Shown here one piece after another: positions 43,773 to 56,999 of a stretch of DNA of 64,000 nt. The DNA is taken from IMG/VR virus record IMGVR_UViG_3300021541_000005; one strand, written 5' to 3'. The notes under the pieces are model-generated. The model was not told where the DNA came from. It ran no database searches and was given only the letters and a program-made list of their open reading frames with translations. The DNA comes from a virus. The first letter of the stretch is position 1. Every line of letters starts with the position of its first letter. Made by a program: the position numbers and the translations under genes.

Positions 43773-44114
43773 TGAAGATATTAAATCGGTTTATAATCAT
43801 TTCTTTAAATTCCAAGAAGCTTATAAAAATCTTTTAGGTAATGTTCTTAAAGAGTTACCTAAAACCCTTTTTTATAATATTAGGGACATTGAATATGATG
43901 CTGCCTGTGATGGAACAATTTATATTAATTTTGAGAATTGGCAGCAAATGCCTTATGATTCATTAGATGAAGTTGTAGATATTTTCAAAGGTATTTTTGA
44001 GAATGGTCATGAAGCTATGTTTAATGATTATATTTGGTATGATATGGATCCTACTTTTAATGATGATGAATTTAGTATAGGTATTAGATTGTTATCTTCT
44101 GTGAGGTGGGATGA

Positions 44115-44516
44115 ATGAGTAATAAAACTAAAGTTACTCTCACTTTGGATACTGATTTGGTGGATTTGGCTAAAATCAGTTATCCTAACTTTAGTGGTAG
44201 GATGAATGAGTTGTTGAGCATTGATTTGCATGCTGAAACGGAAGAGTCTAAGCTTATGAAGGAGATTGCGAAATTACATGATGAATTGGAGATTAAGGAA
44301 GATAAGTTATGTGATATTCGTAAGAAACGTTCTGCTTTGGAAGGTGAGGCTTCTAATATTAAGGAGGTTTTATCCTGGGCCAGGAACATTTATGAGCGTA
44401 AAGGCGTGTTGGGTTTGAATATGTTGGAGCGTGAGTGTAAAAAGAAGAAAGTTTCTTTTAGTAAGATTAAGAATATTTTGGAGCAGGAGGATGTTGCTTT
44501 TGTCAATTTTGCATAG
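44115..44516 (+). CDS. RHH DNA-binding protein (second copy)
   Basis: Copy of 1700..2101. Confidence 0.6.
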   Translation: MSNKTKVTLTLDTDLVDLAKISYPNFSGRMNELLSIDLHAETEESKLMKEIAKLHDELEIKEDKLCDIRKKRSALEGEASNIKEVLSWARNIYERKGVLGLNMLERECKKKKVSFSKIKNILEQEDVAFVNFA

Positions 44517-46750
44517 TTGTATGTATAAGTATGTATTATGTGATATTGTTGCATTAAGAAACAGTGCAAGTGTTTCAAGTGTAACTCACGGGGCTCCCGT
44601 AAGTAGAGTATGTATTTATCTGTATTATACATACAAATACATACTTGACTTATTATTCGTTTTTTTAGAGAGAAAATTATTATTATTTATTATTTATTTA
44701 TTATTACTTTATCAAACAATGATAAAATATAACAATGTTAATATTTTAACCGGAAGTGATTAAAAATGATTTTAAACAAAAAAACAGAAAAATTAGGCAA
44801 ATCCGAACCGATTTACCACATATTAACAGACGGTATGACTAAAAAATATACAGAATACCTGTTGAACATATGGGACATGAAAGGTCAAGACGATACAATA
44901 GATCTAGCTCTCAGTAAAGAGATTCTATTTTTTGAAGATTCAATAGTCATAATCTCTAAAAAAGATTACGCTATGTTTATTAATTTAAATCATGTTTTAA
45001 CTATTGACTTATGTATTAAACCAAAGACTCAGGTGTTGTAAATGTGTACGTTAGATGATTTCACAGAAAAAACATTCACAGACGGTGAATACACTGTCTG
45101 GGCAGAAAACATACAACAATTAAAAAAAGGAAACGTAATTTTCTTAACCACATCAGACAGGGAATATGACTGTATGTGTGGTTGTTTCATGAATGATATT
45201 CCAAGATGTGCCCGTGTACAAGTGGAAATATTAAATGAAGAACCTGCTCAGGATGGCATTGTTTATGCATCAGCAAAGGTCCTGGAAGTTTTAGAAGTGG
45301 GGTATTAAATGAAAAATAAAATTAGGTTCAAGTATATTTTTCAATGGAGATCTAATCCTTATGCTAACACGCCAATGACGGGCCATATGAATTACTATCG
45401 TTGGTGTGAACGATTTGTGGATAGGCTACTTCCGAAACTTAAGAAAACAGATATGGTGAGGTTTAAAAAGAAGTTTCATAGAAAAGTGGGGTATTAAAGA
45501 TGGATGAAAATAATAATGGTGTGTATATTTTCCCAGATGCGGATGAATTCCTACGAGTCATGGCTGATTTGCAGGAAGAGTATAATAAAAATAAGGAGGA
45601 TGATCCAGATGGAAAATGATTTTAATTGGTGTGTTCTTGGTGAGGGTTATTGCAATGAGTGTTTAGAATGTGTATTGCAATATCATGAAAATAATGAGTG
45701 TGATGTGGAATGAATGAATCTGATAAACGATTAGAAGAAATCAATAATTGGTTTGCTGAAAAAATAAGGGAAGCTGTTAGGCCCAGATGTCCTTTTTGTG
45801 GTGCAAAGCTTAGTAATTATTGGTTTTATGAACCTGTGTTTTTTAGATGTTTGCAGGAGTTTCAGATTTGTCCAGAATGTAAGAAAAAGGTGGTGAAATT
45901 ATGAGTGATAAAACAGATGAATACATTGATGATTTTTTTCAAAAACAAAAGGAAGGAACAGCAACTATGGAGGATATTCCTGTTGTTAGAAAAATGAATA
46001 ATGATGAGGAGTTAACTGAAAAAGATTTAGTAAGTTATATTTTGATGTTAGGAATGGGGATTATAGAATGAACAATGCTGAATTTAACAGACTGGAAAAA
46101 GTATTATCTGAGATTCTAAAAGAATTGCAGATACAGAACAAATTGAATGCATTATCATTACTAAATAAAATTATAAAAGATGCTCCAATAATGGTGGCAA
46201 CGAATGAGAAAATGTATAATGATTTGATTAAAGGAATTGAAGAAACATTAAAAGGGTATGGGTTAAAGGAGATGAAATGAATGACAAAGAAAATGATTGA
46301 AAAATATGTAATACTAGATATGGCTGGAAATGTAGTTGATACTATTGAAGATATAAATGTAGAAGTAACCACTTTGCGTATTTATAATCGTGAAACAAGT
46401 CATTCAATAGTAAAAATAGATACTGCCCTTGGTGAGTTGAATTTATTTATTGCAAAAGCTTGTATTGATGCTTGTAATGAATTTATTCCATTAGAACCAG
46501 AAACTACTGAAGATGGTGATTAAAATGTTAGAATTGTATGGGCGCTGTGGAAAAGATGTTGAAATAATTAGTTTTGATATTAAGACTATGGTTGTTATTG
46601 TGAAAGATAAAATGAATGATATCACTTACAAAGGAGTAGTAGATAGTTGTTATGTGAATGCTGATCAGCTGTATCGAAAGTTCAATGGTGATGTTGGTGA
46701 TGTAGAGTATTCATTAAAAATTTCTTTGAGGGAGTATGTGGTGATAAAAA

Positions 46751-47083
46751 ATGACGGCGATTAAATTTAAAAAAGAATTTTTTAAACCTATTAAAAATGG
46801 AGTTAAAACTCAAACTTTAAGAAGGCGTAGATTGGATGTAGTTCCTGGTGACTTTGCAGTATGTGTTTTTGAGGATTGTCCTGAAAAAATATTCGTCACT
46901 ATTACTGATGTGGGTTACAAAATGTGGAAAACACTAAATGTTGAAGATGCAAAGCTTGAAGGTTTTGGATCTTTACATGATTTGAAAATGTGTTTATTAC
47001 AAATCTATCCTAATATTCAGCCTTGGGATAGGTTTTATTTTTACCGTTTTGAAGTTGATGGTTTTACTGAAACAATGGAGTAA
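46751..47083 (+). CDS. ASCH-domain protein (second copy)
   Basis: Copy of 4336..4668. Confidence 0.85.
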   Translation: MTAIKFKKEFFKPIKNGVKTQTLRRRRLDVVPGDFAVCVFEDCPEKIFVTITDVGYKMWKTLNVEDAKLEGFGSLHDLKMCLLQIYPNIQPWDRFYFYRFEVDGFTETME

Positions 47084-48588
47084 ATTATAATGTTCAAAGT
47101 CGTGAATGAATATTATATTCAAAATGAGGAGACTGGAGAGTATTTAGATTTGAAAAAGGCATGTGGGGTATTAAATGAGCAACAGATGTCTATTAATCAA
47201 GTTAAAAAAGAGAATGAGCAGTTAAAACAAAGAGTAATGGAATTAGATGACCTAAAATGGATAAGAGAAAATACAGTATGGGAACAAATGCCAACAAGGG
47301 CAAGAACATGTACAAAAACAAGTTTAAATGGTGATGAATGAATGACTAAAGAAAAGCGTTATGAGGCACATATTGGCTATAACCATGATTTTGTAAGAGA
47401 TAATCGTACTGGGGTAGTACATGATATTTTTTCATGTGAAGAACTATTGAATAATTATAATGAAGAGAATAGGAAATTGAGTCGTGCATTAATGAGATTG
47501 TCTGAAAAGAATGTTCAATTGAAAAAAGAATTAGATCATCAAGAGAAATATGTGGAGCATGAAAGTTATGGGGTGTGTTGAATGACTATAATGGAAGAGT
47601 TACTTGAACAAAACAGGAATAAAAACCTTGGAGAAAAAGCAGCAAAAGAAGCTTTAGATAAAGTATTTGGTTATACTATTACCCAGGAACAATTAAACCA
47701 ACTACAACATTGTGCGGGTGAACTATTTAACATAGGAACACATTGCCAGCAAAAATGGGATAAAAGTATTTGTTCTGGAACTGCTGAAGCATGTGAAAGA
47801 GAGGGTGCATTTGAATTGTTAGATAAATTTTATAAAATGCATTACCGGTTAGTTAATGAGATTGCAGGTGATGTTAAAATTGATGGTGAGGTAGAATGAC
47901 TCTAATTAGAATCCTTATGGTTGGCCTAGCAATACTTGTGATAATTTACATTGTTGAATATTTAATGAATATGGAGTTGCCCTAAAAATGTTATTTAAAA
48001 ATATGAGATTTTATGATAAGCAAAGTGTATTGAATTCATGGAAAAGTAAAATACTAGAAAAAACATTAAATTTATTGGATGATGCTGGTATAAGTGTGCG
48101 GGTGACTGTTTTGAAAAGGTATATTGAATATCTACTTGAAGATACTCATTATGATCCGTACACTAATGTGTTTTATGAGCCTGTTAGTAGGTTTAAATTT
48201 AGTGCAGATATTTTTTCTACTATTGCTTTTGAGTATATTTGTGAGCATTTAGATGAGTTTAAAAAGTAAAGGCAGGAATGAATGGCAGTATGTAAAGCGT
48301 GTGGGAAAGAATTTACTAAAAAGTATAAAACTGAGAAATATTGTTGTGATGACTGTAGGGAAGTTGCTTTAAAGCAGCAATGGCGTAATGCTTCCCACAG
48401 GCATTATCACAAACATAAAAAAGAATGGGGTCCTATTAAACGTTATGGTGTAGGTACTGGTACTTTAGGTCCTCATGCTAATACTGATTTTAATTGTGAG
48501 AAAGAAACTATCAAACGTGAAATGGAACGTTTACGTTTGAAATCTTAATTTTTTTTATTTTTATGAGAGTGTATAATGAAGATGAAAA

Positions 48589-48747
48589 ATGTGTAATCAT
48601 GACAAATATAAAAATTTTAAATCCATGGAAATTTATTGCAGAGAATGCAAAGAACACGATGCGTTATATGATCATGTCCATGATGAAGTTTTCTGCCGTC
48701 ATTGTGGGAAGGTCTTACGCATGAATTATTTCTGGTTAAATTTTTAA
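48589..48747 (+). CDS. TFB-type zinc-ribbon mini-protein (second copy)
   Basis: Copy of 6174..6332. Confidence 0.7.
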   Translation: MCNHDKYKNFKSMEIYCRECKEHDALYDHVHDEVFCRHCGKVLRMNYFWLNF

Positions 48748-49775
48748 AAGTAAAAAAACAAAAAAACTTGACGTTTTTTTTAAGTCAAATATGTTTACAC
48801 GTTAACAAGCTTTGTCGGTTATAAAAGTAGTTTAGACAGCCATAATAGAATCATAAAAAAAATTTTGCTCCCATATTGAATTAAATTAAAAAATTTCTAT
48901 TTGATTGTGATTTATACACATTTTCATCTTTTTTTCATAAACTTAAGTTGTGGAGATGTTTAAAAAGAAGACATTTATTTTTTCAGGTCATTGTGTTACA
49001 TTTTGATGTGATGTTTATAATTCTTTCATCATTGAGGGTTTGAATCCCTTCATCTCCAATCCCAAAAAAGGAAAAAATGATTTTTTTAGGTGATTTAGAA
49101 TGAGTGATACAAATTATATTGGAAATGGAAGTTCTATTTTTAAAACGATAGGATTATTGATTGCAGGATACACTACTCCATGGTTAATAAAAATACTATT
49201 ATTGTATTGTGGTATTGATTTAACGGGACAAGCAACTGAAATAATGCAAGGTCTAGGAGTAATCATAGGAATTATTCTATCATATGTAGATATGAAGTAC
49301 ACAAACAACTTCTTTAAAAAAAATCAAATCACAATCGAAGACTACATAACCTATGGAATAAAACACTTTGGCCTACAACCAATATCTGTAGAAAGTGCTT
49401 GTGAAGACTGCAAATGTGGTGATAACGATGACATCACCTAAACTCACAGAAAAAATACCATACCGAAAAACAATATGGATAAAAAACTTCGCAAAAACAG
49501 TCACAACAACAACCCTAGTCAGCAGCGGAATCGGATTAATCATAACAGGCCTAAACACACGCATGACTAATCAAGGATTCAGCGACGTAGAACTACAACT
49601 AGGAGTACTAAGCATCATAATAGCAATAATAATCGTACTAATAATAGACCGTTGGGCAGAGCAAAAAAAGAAAGAAGAACTAGAAACAATCGATAAAACA
49701 ATAAACGAAAAAGCCGAAGAAATAGCAGAAGAACTAGTGCTAAAACACTTAAACGAACTAGAAAAGGGATAACTC

Positions 49776-50489
49776 ATGGCAATAACAGAATGGTCGGAAA
49801 ACATACACGAACTGCAAGAAGGCGAAGTATTAAGGGAATGGTGCTATTTAGAACCTTTTATGTGGTTTAATGGAAGTTTAAGAGATTATTCTAAATTATT
49901 AGATTATGCATTTAAAAAACAATATGCAGAAGATATGCCGAAGAGATGCAGACCCTATGAGGATTTCTTAGAAAATCATCCTATTAATTTTCATAAGGAT
50001 GATATTAAGAAAAATAAGCCTCCTAGCGAAATTCAGTTGCAACACTGGTCAAATGGTTCTAATTGTAAAGCTACTATTAAACACACGTGGGCTGAACGTA
50101 GAATTTCTTTTAGAAAAGCAGTAGCACATGAAGCTACACTAGCTGCTGCTGCGGAGTATGTTGATTTTATCCCGACCATGATTAAAGGAGTAAAAGAAGG
50201 TTTTAACAATGCTACACAAATTGCTAAAACTGAAAAAATGGAGGGGAAGTTCACATCTGCTAAGGCAGAATCAAATTCAAAAGCTAAAAGCATGGAGATA
50301 AATAGCTTCCGTACTTTAGCTGGTTTTGATGATGCTCCTAAAAAACAAGAAGTTTCTATGGATGCTAAAGTGGATGCTGAAGCTGAAGTGAAAACTGATT
50401 TTCAAAGGGACATGGATGAATTCCAGGAAAAAATATTATCCGGAAAACTCTCTGAAAGAATAAACCAAAAATTAGCCAAAGAAGACTAG
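49776..50489 (+). CDS. terS: Probable terminase small subunit (second copy)
   Basis: Copy of 7361..8074. Confidence 0.55.
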   Translation: MAITEWSENIHELQEGEVLREWCYLEPFMWFNGSLRDYSKLLDYAFKKQYAEDMPKRCRPYEDFLENHPINFHKDDIKKNKPPSEIQLQHWSNGSNCKATIKHTWAERRISFRKAVAHEATLAAAAEYVDFIPTMIKGVKEGFNNATQIAKTEKMEGKFTSAKAESNSKAKSMEINSFRTLAGFDDAPKKQEVSMDAKVDAEAEVKTDFQRDMDEFQEKILSGKLSERINQKLAKED

Positions 50490-50493
50490 AGCA

Positions 50494-51963
50494 ATGGAAC
50501 CCTTAACTATTGATGAATTCGCACAATTAGTAAGCAGAGGAGCTTGGAAACCATTCATACACTTATTACTAGTGGTTAAGCTATTACATTATGTAATAGA
50601 AGGTCGCATATCACGTTTAATGGTATTCATGCCTCCAAGACATGGTAAATCTGAGCTAATAAGTTACTATTTTTTAACATGGTTCCTAGGGTGTTTTCCT
50701 GATAAACAGGTAATACTCACTACTCATAGCGCTAATTTCAGTCGTAAATGGGGTCGTAGAGTACGTAACCTTCTAGAATACATAGGAAAAGATGCATTTG
50801 AAGTTCCTATAGTACTGGCTGAAGACAGTAAAGCTGCTCATACCTGGAACATTAAAGACCATAAAGGCGGTCTTGTCACAGCAGGTGTTGGTGGATCTAT
50901 TCTGGGTGAGGGTGCAAATGGTTTCATCATAGATGATCCAACTAAAGGTTTCAAAAAAGCAAGAAGTAAAACACATCAAAAAGAACTAAACGATTGGTGG
51001 TTTACAGAAGCTAAAACCCGTTTAAATGCAGATATTGAAGGTGGAAGTAAACCATGGGTAATAGGAATATGGCAAAGACTTAACATAGACGATTTAGCCG
51101 GTCAAATATTATACAAAAAAGAAGGAGACAAACGTGTACCAAATGAACCTCACATAACCTATCAAGAGGCTATGAGAATAATAGAGGAAGAAAACGAGGA
51201 TGTACCTTATGGAACATGGGTAATCTTAAACTTACCTGCTATAGCTGAAGAAAATGACCCGTTAGGAAGAGCTCCTGGAGAGCCATTATGGCCAGAACAA
51301 AAACCATTAGAAGAACTCCAACACATTAAAACTGAAATGGGTAGTTTCAGATTCAACGCAGTATATCAAGGAAACCCACGTGAACCTGAAGGTAATGTAT
51401 TTTTCCGTAAATGGTTTCGTAACAGTAAAATGTCACCTAAAGAAATGGATAAGCTCATTGTTAAATTACCTACATTACGATACTGGGATCTTGGAGCTTC
51501 AGGTGAGGATGGAGATCCAACAGCAGCCCTGTACACTGCATGGGATGGTGAATATATGTACATGAGAAAACTCTTACATAAAGGATTAACCCCATTACAG
51601 GTTGAAAAATACTTCCTAGACACTACTCTACGTGATGGTAAAAGTACACGTGTTAAAATAGAGCAAGAACCTGGTGCATCACCTAAAGTTTTAATCAATA
51701 ACTTAGCACGTAGAAAAGAATTCAAAGGTTATAGTATAAGGCCGGATAGAGTAAGGGATTATGGTGATAAATTAACACGTAGTTTTGACTTGCAGGCATT
51801 AGCAGAGGCTGATAAAGTACGTATTTCAGAAGATATTTTTGACATGGTGGTTGATGAATTAGTTGAATTCACTGGTGAGGAAGGAGGCCAGGACAATATC
51901 ACAGATGTAGCAACTGGTTCTGCCCGCCATTGGAAGCGTAGACGAGCTAAAATACACGCATAA
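50494..51963 (+). CDS. terL: Terminase large subunit (second copy)
   Basis: Copy of 8079..9548. Confidence 0.95.
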   Translation: MEPLTIDEFAQLVSRGAWKPFIHLLLVVKLLHYVIEGRISRLMVFMPPRHGKSELISYYFLTWFLGCFPDKQVILTTHSANFSRKWGRRVRNLLEYIGKDAFEVPIVLAEDSKAAHTWNIKDHKGGLVTAGVGGSILGEGANGFIIDDPTKGFKKARSKTHQKELNDWWFTEAKTRLNADIEGGSKPWVIGIWQRLNIDDLAGQILYKKEGDKRVPNEPHITYQEAMRIIEEENEDVPYGTWVILNLPAIAEENDPLGRAPGEPLWPEQKPLEELQHIKTEMGSFRFNAVYQGNPREPEGNVFFRKWFRNSKMSPKEMDKLIVKLPTLRYWDLGASGEDGDPTAALYTAWDGEYMYMRKLLHKGLTPLQVEKYFLDTTLRDGKSTRVKIEQEPGASPKVLINNLARRKEFKGYSIRPDRVRDYGDKLTRSFDLQALAEADKVRISEDIFDMVVDELVEFTGEEGGQDNITDVATGSARHWKRRRAKIHA

Positions 51964-51990
51964 TTAATTTAAATAGGAGATGAATAAACG

Positions 51991-53598
51991 ATGGTTAAAT
52001 CAGAATCATGGATAGTAACAGTAGACGAAACTACTGGTGACGTTAAAGATGTTATAAGCGAAATTGAAATGGGCAAATATGCTATAAAAGCAGATGTTGA
52101 CCCTACTACGGGGAGTAAACAAACACCTAGTGATCATTATGCTCATGGAATAACAGTTATTGACCCGAAATATAATCCTTATAATTTAATTGAATTATTA
52201 GATTTGTATAGTTATCATGCTGATTGTGTTGATGCTGTTGCAACAGACGCCAGTGGTGTAGATTATACATTGAAACCTATTGAAGGAAAAGATGAAGTTG
52301 AAAGTGAGAAAATAAGATTCACAGAAATATTAGATAATAGTAAACCTTCAATTAATATTCACATTCACCGTATGATTTATGACCGTAGAAGCATAGGCTA
52401 TGGTGCAATGGAAGTAATAAGAGAATCCACTAGTAAATCACCTATAACACGTTTAAAACACATACCATCACACACATTACGCCGTCATACAGACATGAAA
52501 AGAGTATTATACACAGATGACACAGGAAAAAAAGTCTGGTATGTGCTATATGGTAAAAATTACGATGATGATGGAAATCCAGTTGATGTTCATATGAAGA
52601 CAGGTGAATTCCATCCATATAATAGTTTAAGCATGGAAGAAAAAGCTAATGAATTATTATGGACTATGGAGTATGCTCCAGGAACAAATTATTATGGTAG
52701 ACCACCAATTATAGCTACATTACCATCCATACAATCTGATTTAGCTGCGGTACGTTATAATACTACTTTTTTCCAGAATTATGGTATGCCAGCATTCGCA
52801 GTCACAGTAACTGGAGATTTCCAAGATTACGAGGAAGAGAAATATATAAAAGACGATGATGGACGTGAAATTCTCAATCCCGATTATGATGAAAAACAAA
52901 CTTTAAGATACCAAATATCACAGCAAGTAAAAGAAGTAATACGCAATCCACATTCAGCTATTTGTATTACAGTACCATCTGAAGGAGTAGACGGAGATGT
53001 AGAAATTAAAATCACTCAATTAAGTGTTGACGTTAAAGAAGGCTCTTTCAGAATGATGAAAAAAGACATACGTGATGAAGTAATACACGCTCACCAGGTT
53101 GACCCTTCACGTTTAGGTATTTTTGACAGTGGCAATTTAAATGGTACTAATTCTGAAGTCACTAAAGCATCCTATAAGTATGGTACTATTGCACCAATTA
53201 AAACTGAAGTTGAATCTATGATAAATCAGATAGCAGCTGAATTAAAAGTGACTAGTTGGAAATTTGTTATTAATGATGTGGATCCAATTGACCATAGCCC
53301 ACGTAAAGATTTAGCTGATTTTTTATTTGCACGTGGTGCAATGACTATTATGGATCTGATTAATAATTTTGGTGATGAATTCGGTTTGGCTGTTGATGAC
53401 CCAAATGACCCTTATTTGAACAGTAGATTCATTAATAATATCCCGTTGGAGCAAGTTTTCAATCAATCAGAACAGAATAGTTACTTGGAAGAAAAGAGTA
53501 TTTTGAAGGCTTTGGATGGTAATCTCTGGCAAGACTCTGAAGAGGATGATGATTTTTTAGGAGTTAACAATGACACAGGAATTGGAGAAACAGATTAA
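51991..53598 (+). CDS. Portal protein (second copy)
   Basis: Copy of 9576..11183. Confidence 0.9.
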   Translation: MVKSESWIVTVDETTGDVKDVISEIEMGKYAIKADVDPTTGSKQTPSDHYAHGITVIDPKYNPYNLIELLDLYSYHADCVDAVATDASGVDYTLKPIEGKDEVESEKIRFTEILDNSKPSINIHIHRMIYDRRSIGYGAMEVIRESTSKSPITRLKHIPSHTLRRHTDMKRVLYTDDTGKKVWYVLYGKNYDDDGNPVDVHMKTGEFHPYNSLSMEEKANELLWTMEYAPGTNYYGRPPIIATLPSIQSDLAAVRYNTTFFQNYGMPAFAVTVTGDFQDYEEEKYIKDDDGREILNPDYDEKQTLRYQISQQVKEVIRNPHSAICITVPSEGVDGDVEIKITQLSVDVKEGSFRMMKKDIRDEVIHAHQVDPSRLGIFDSGNLNGTNSEVTKASYKYGTIAPIKTEVESMINQIAAELKVTSWKFVINDVDPIDHSPRKDLADFLFARGAMTIMDLINNFGDEFGLAVDDPNDPYLNSRFINNIPLEQVFNQSEQNSYLEEKSILKALDGNLWQDSEEDDDFLGVNNDTGIGETD

Positions 53599-56500
53599 AC
53601 ATATTAATAATAGTTTATTTGCTGCTAAAATGGAAAATATCATACAATACATGTATGAAGAGGAATTAAAAACAAGTGTAGCTGGAATATTCCATAGTAT
53701 CCGTACAGAAATACTCAAGAATCTTGAAGAGTATTACGGTGATGTGCTGTTTAATGCACACATGGATTTAATATTAGCACCCATACATGAGCATCACAAA
53801 CAATACTATGACACCATAATGAAATACAAGCTCAAAGAGCATAGAAAAGGACGTGTTCAAGGAAAAAGATTAATTGCACGTGCTAAACAGTACGCCAAAC
53901 AATACAGTAAAGCTTATTATGGTGGTGCTGTTAAAGAGGACACGATTAATGTTCCTATGAATAGCATAATCAAGAAAGATGAATTATTTGCTACTTCAGA
54001 CTACAGTGCTGAACAAATGCGTGACAAGACATTTGTTGCAAGTGAAAACACCTTAGCACGTGTAGATAAAGATATTAACGGCATAATCACAGATGGCTAC
54101 CGTGATGGATGGGGTATAAACGATGTAGCTAACAAGATAGAAACCCGTTTCAACCAGCTAGAAACATGGGAAGCACGACGCATAGCAAGAACCGAAATAC
54201 ACGGGTCACATATGCAAGGAGTAATGAACTCATATGAAGACATGGGCGTAGAATACTTACAATGGGGAGCAGCACATGACAACCGTACACGTGACACACA
54301 TGCAGCATTAGACGGTGAAATCATACCCTGGAACGGTGTTTTCAGTAATGGTTTAAGGTATCCTGGAGATACAAATGGTCCGATTAGTGAGTGGATTAAT
54401 TGTCGTTGTGGTGTTTTACCGTGGTTTTGTCCTCCTGGTATGATGGTGCCTGTGGGTATGTCTAATTTTAGGGAGTCTGATTTATTACCTTTAGGAACAT
54501 TAGGAACCGGTGGAGACTTATTAACACAATTCCAAGATGAAGTCTCAGCAATACCAAAACAATCATCATCTTTTGACTTAGACATTATTAATCCTAAATT
54601 AATTGATTCTAAATTCTCAATACCTAATGAAGATTTATCAGAATTTGGAATAACTGAAAAAGGAATGGAAACAATTCAAAGATATACTAAACGTAGAATT
54701 GGCTCTGATATAGAATATGGTGTAGTATTCAATGAGAAAAACGGTAAATTCTTATCTAAAGAATTTAAAGGAGCTAGTAATGATATAGTATTAACCAAAC
54801 CAAATGGAAAATATAGTACAATACACTACCATACTGATGAGGGTTTTAGACCTACATCTTCAGGAGATTTCTTTGAATTCTTAAACTCAAAAAATGAACG
54901 TGTAGGAATAAATATCTCAAGAAAAGAATCATGGTTCATAAAAAATGAAGGCAAATTAACTTCTAAAGAAATTAATAAAATAACTGTAGATATTGATAGA
55001 TTAGAACAAAAACAATTAAAAAAGTTAACCGATGAATATCGTAAGTCATCACTTAAAATTAATAAGATTAAAGACCCTGTTAAAAGACAATCCGCTCAAA
55101 AAGAATTTGAAAAATATGTTGCAAATGAATTCTTAGACAAACATAATAAAGAATTAGGTGATGCAATACTTGAATATACATCAAATATCAAAGGATTAAA
55201 AGTAAAAAGAGTAATGCATACAGAAATAAATCCAAAATCTATTAAAACAATAAGTAAAAAAGAATTAAAAGTAGATAAAAGAAGTTTTGAAGAGTTAACT
55301 GGTGTTAAAAGACATTCAACACCAATTAATAATAAAGACTATAATAAATATGCTTTGACATCGGTTGAAGAAAAAACATTAGCAAAATTAGAAGCTGAAA
55401 AAGATTCATTAGGTATGATAGAAAAACGTAGTTATAAGGAATTGGCAGATAGAAAAGAATTCAACTCATTATGGAATAAAATATTACGTGAAGGAGGAAA
55501 TCCTAATGATGTAATGGAGCTATCTGGGGGAGAGGGTGTAAGATATGAAAAATTAATGAAAAAATTCAAAGATTGGACTCCAAAAGGCGACATTGAAATA
55601 AAACCAATACAAATTAACAAAAAAACTATTTTTAAAGATAAAGATGCATTCAAATTAACATCTGAAGAAAAACAAGCATACAAAAAACTTAAAAAGAACA
55701 AAGGTAGCTTGTCAACGGATGAAAAAGAATACTACTCTCAATTATCAACTAAATTACAACTCCATCAAAAACATCAAGAATTGATTGGAAACGGTTTGAG
55801 TGAAACTAAATCTAAAACATATGTTGAATTGTATTCTCGATATCGAAAACAATGGAATTTACCTGAATTATCCCTTGATTTAAAATTCACTACACAACAA
55901 AAATCATTTATTTCATATGATTATTATAAGAATGCTACAGAATTTAAACTTACTAAAAAAGAAGCAGATAAATTATATGAATTAGAGAAAAAACAATTAT
56001 ACGGACGAAAATTAACTTCAAATGAATTAAAAACAATGGATGAATTACATAATCAACAAAGATTCATTTACTTGAATAATATTAATCAAACAGAAAAAGG
56101 TTTAGATTATGATGCTACTATTGAGTTTAAAAAATTATATAAATCATTAAAAACAAAACTTAAATTAGATAAAAGTGTTTTAGAGCAACCTTTAACAGGG
56201 TATGAATCTAAAATTTCTTTAGATAAAAATCCTAAGAATTTAAAAACATTTAAAGGCACTAATGAGGAAGGTTTACTCCCGAATGGTGAATCCTTAGAAA
56301 AGTATTTCACTAAAGATGCACGTGAAATGACCATACGTGAACAAAAAGTAGCGGATAGATGGTTGGGTTCGGATTATAAAGCATTCACTAACTTTGAAGT
56401 GGATTGTGGGCGTGATGTTAAGAAATTCGAGAAATGGATTTATGACATGGCCAAAGCATACAAAGAAGACAATTCATTAAAATATTATCAGTATTATTAT

Positions 56501-56995
56501 GATGAAATAACCAGGAGAACAGGTAGAATATCAAAATCTGAAGCTAAAAAATTAGCAGAATCTATTGCTCATGATGTGCCTGTTTTAGATGATATATTAA
56601 ATAATCAATTGAAAGAAGGTATGACATTATGGCGTGTACAAGAGAATCATAATTTAAGTTCCACCACGATTGGTGAGGTTATGGATTTCCCTAATTTCAG
56701 ATCTACAGCTATTTCCAAAGAAGGGGCATTATGGTTCAGTAAAACTAACGCTAAAGAGATGAATTATTTAATTGAAATTGAGGCTCCAGCAGGTACTAAA
56801 GGAGCATATTTAGCTCCAATAAAACAAGGAGAAATAATAAATCCAACATCTCCTTTCGTAGGAGAGAAATATGCGAATGAAATGGAATTTTTATTAAAAA
56901 AATCTAAAGTAGAGTTGGTTAAATTCGAGGATAAAACTGTTAAAGGTGCTAATGGTGAAAAATTAAAACATATACTGTTAAGAATAGTGGGATGA
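53570..56995 (+). CDS. MuF-JAMM-like-ADP-ribosyltransferase fusion (second copy)
   Basis: Copy of 11155..14580. Confidence 0.9.
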   Translation: MTQELEKQIKHINNSLFAAKMENIIQYMYEEELKTSVAGIFHSIRTEILKNLEEYYGDVLFNAHMDLILAPIHEHHKQYYDTIMKYKLKEHRKGRVQGKRLIARAKQYAKQYSKAYYGGAVKEDTINVPMNSIIKKDELFATSDYSAEQMRDKTFVASENTLARVDKDINGIITDGYRDGWGINDVANKIETRFNQLETWEARRIARTEIHGSHMQGVMNSYEDMGVEYLQWGAAHDNRTRDTHAALDGEIIPWNGVFSNGLRYPGDTNGPISEWINCRCGVLPWFCPPGMMVPVGMSNFRESDLLPLGTLGTGGDLLTQFQDEVSAIPKQSSSFDLDIINPKLIDSKFSIPNEDLSEFGITEKGMETIQRYTKRRIGSDIEYGVVFNEKNGKFLSKEFKGASNDIVLTKPNGKYSTIHYHTDEGFRPTSSGDFFEFLNSKNERVGINISRKESWFIKNEGKLTSKEINKITVDIDRLEQKQLKKLTDEYRKSSLKINKIKDPVKRQSAQKEFEKYVANEFLDKHNKELGDAILEYTSNIKGLKVKRVMHTEINPKSIKTISKKELKVDKRSFEELTGVKRHSTPINNKDYNKYALTSVEEKTLAKLEAEKDSLGMIEKRSYKELADRKEFNSLWNKILREGGNPNDVMELSGGEGVRYEKLMKKFKDWTPKGDIEIKPIQINKKTIFKDKDAFKLTSEEKQAYKKLKKNKGSLSTDEKEYYSQLSTKLQLHQKHQELIGNGLSETKSKTYVELYSRYRKQWNLPELSLDLKFTTQQKSFISYDYYKNATEFKLTKKEADKLYELEKKQLYGRKLTSNELKTMDELHNQQRFIYLNNINQTEKGLDYDATIEFKKLYKSLKTKLKLDKSVLEQPLTGYESKISLDKNPKNLKTFKGTNEEGLLPNGESLEKYFTKDAREMTIREQKVADRWLGSDYKAFTNFEVDCGRDVKKFEKWIYDMAKAYKEDNSLKYYQYYYDEITRRTGRISKSEAKKLAESIAHDVPVLDDILNNQLKEGMTLWRVQENHNLSSTTIGEVMDFPNFRSTAISKEGALWFSKTNAKEMNYLIEIEAPAGTKGAYLAPIKQGEIINPTSPFVGEKYANEMEFLLKKSKVELVKFEDKTVKGANGEKLKHILLRIVG

Positions 56996-56999
56996 TAAA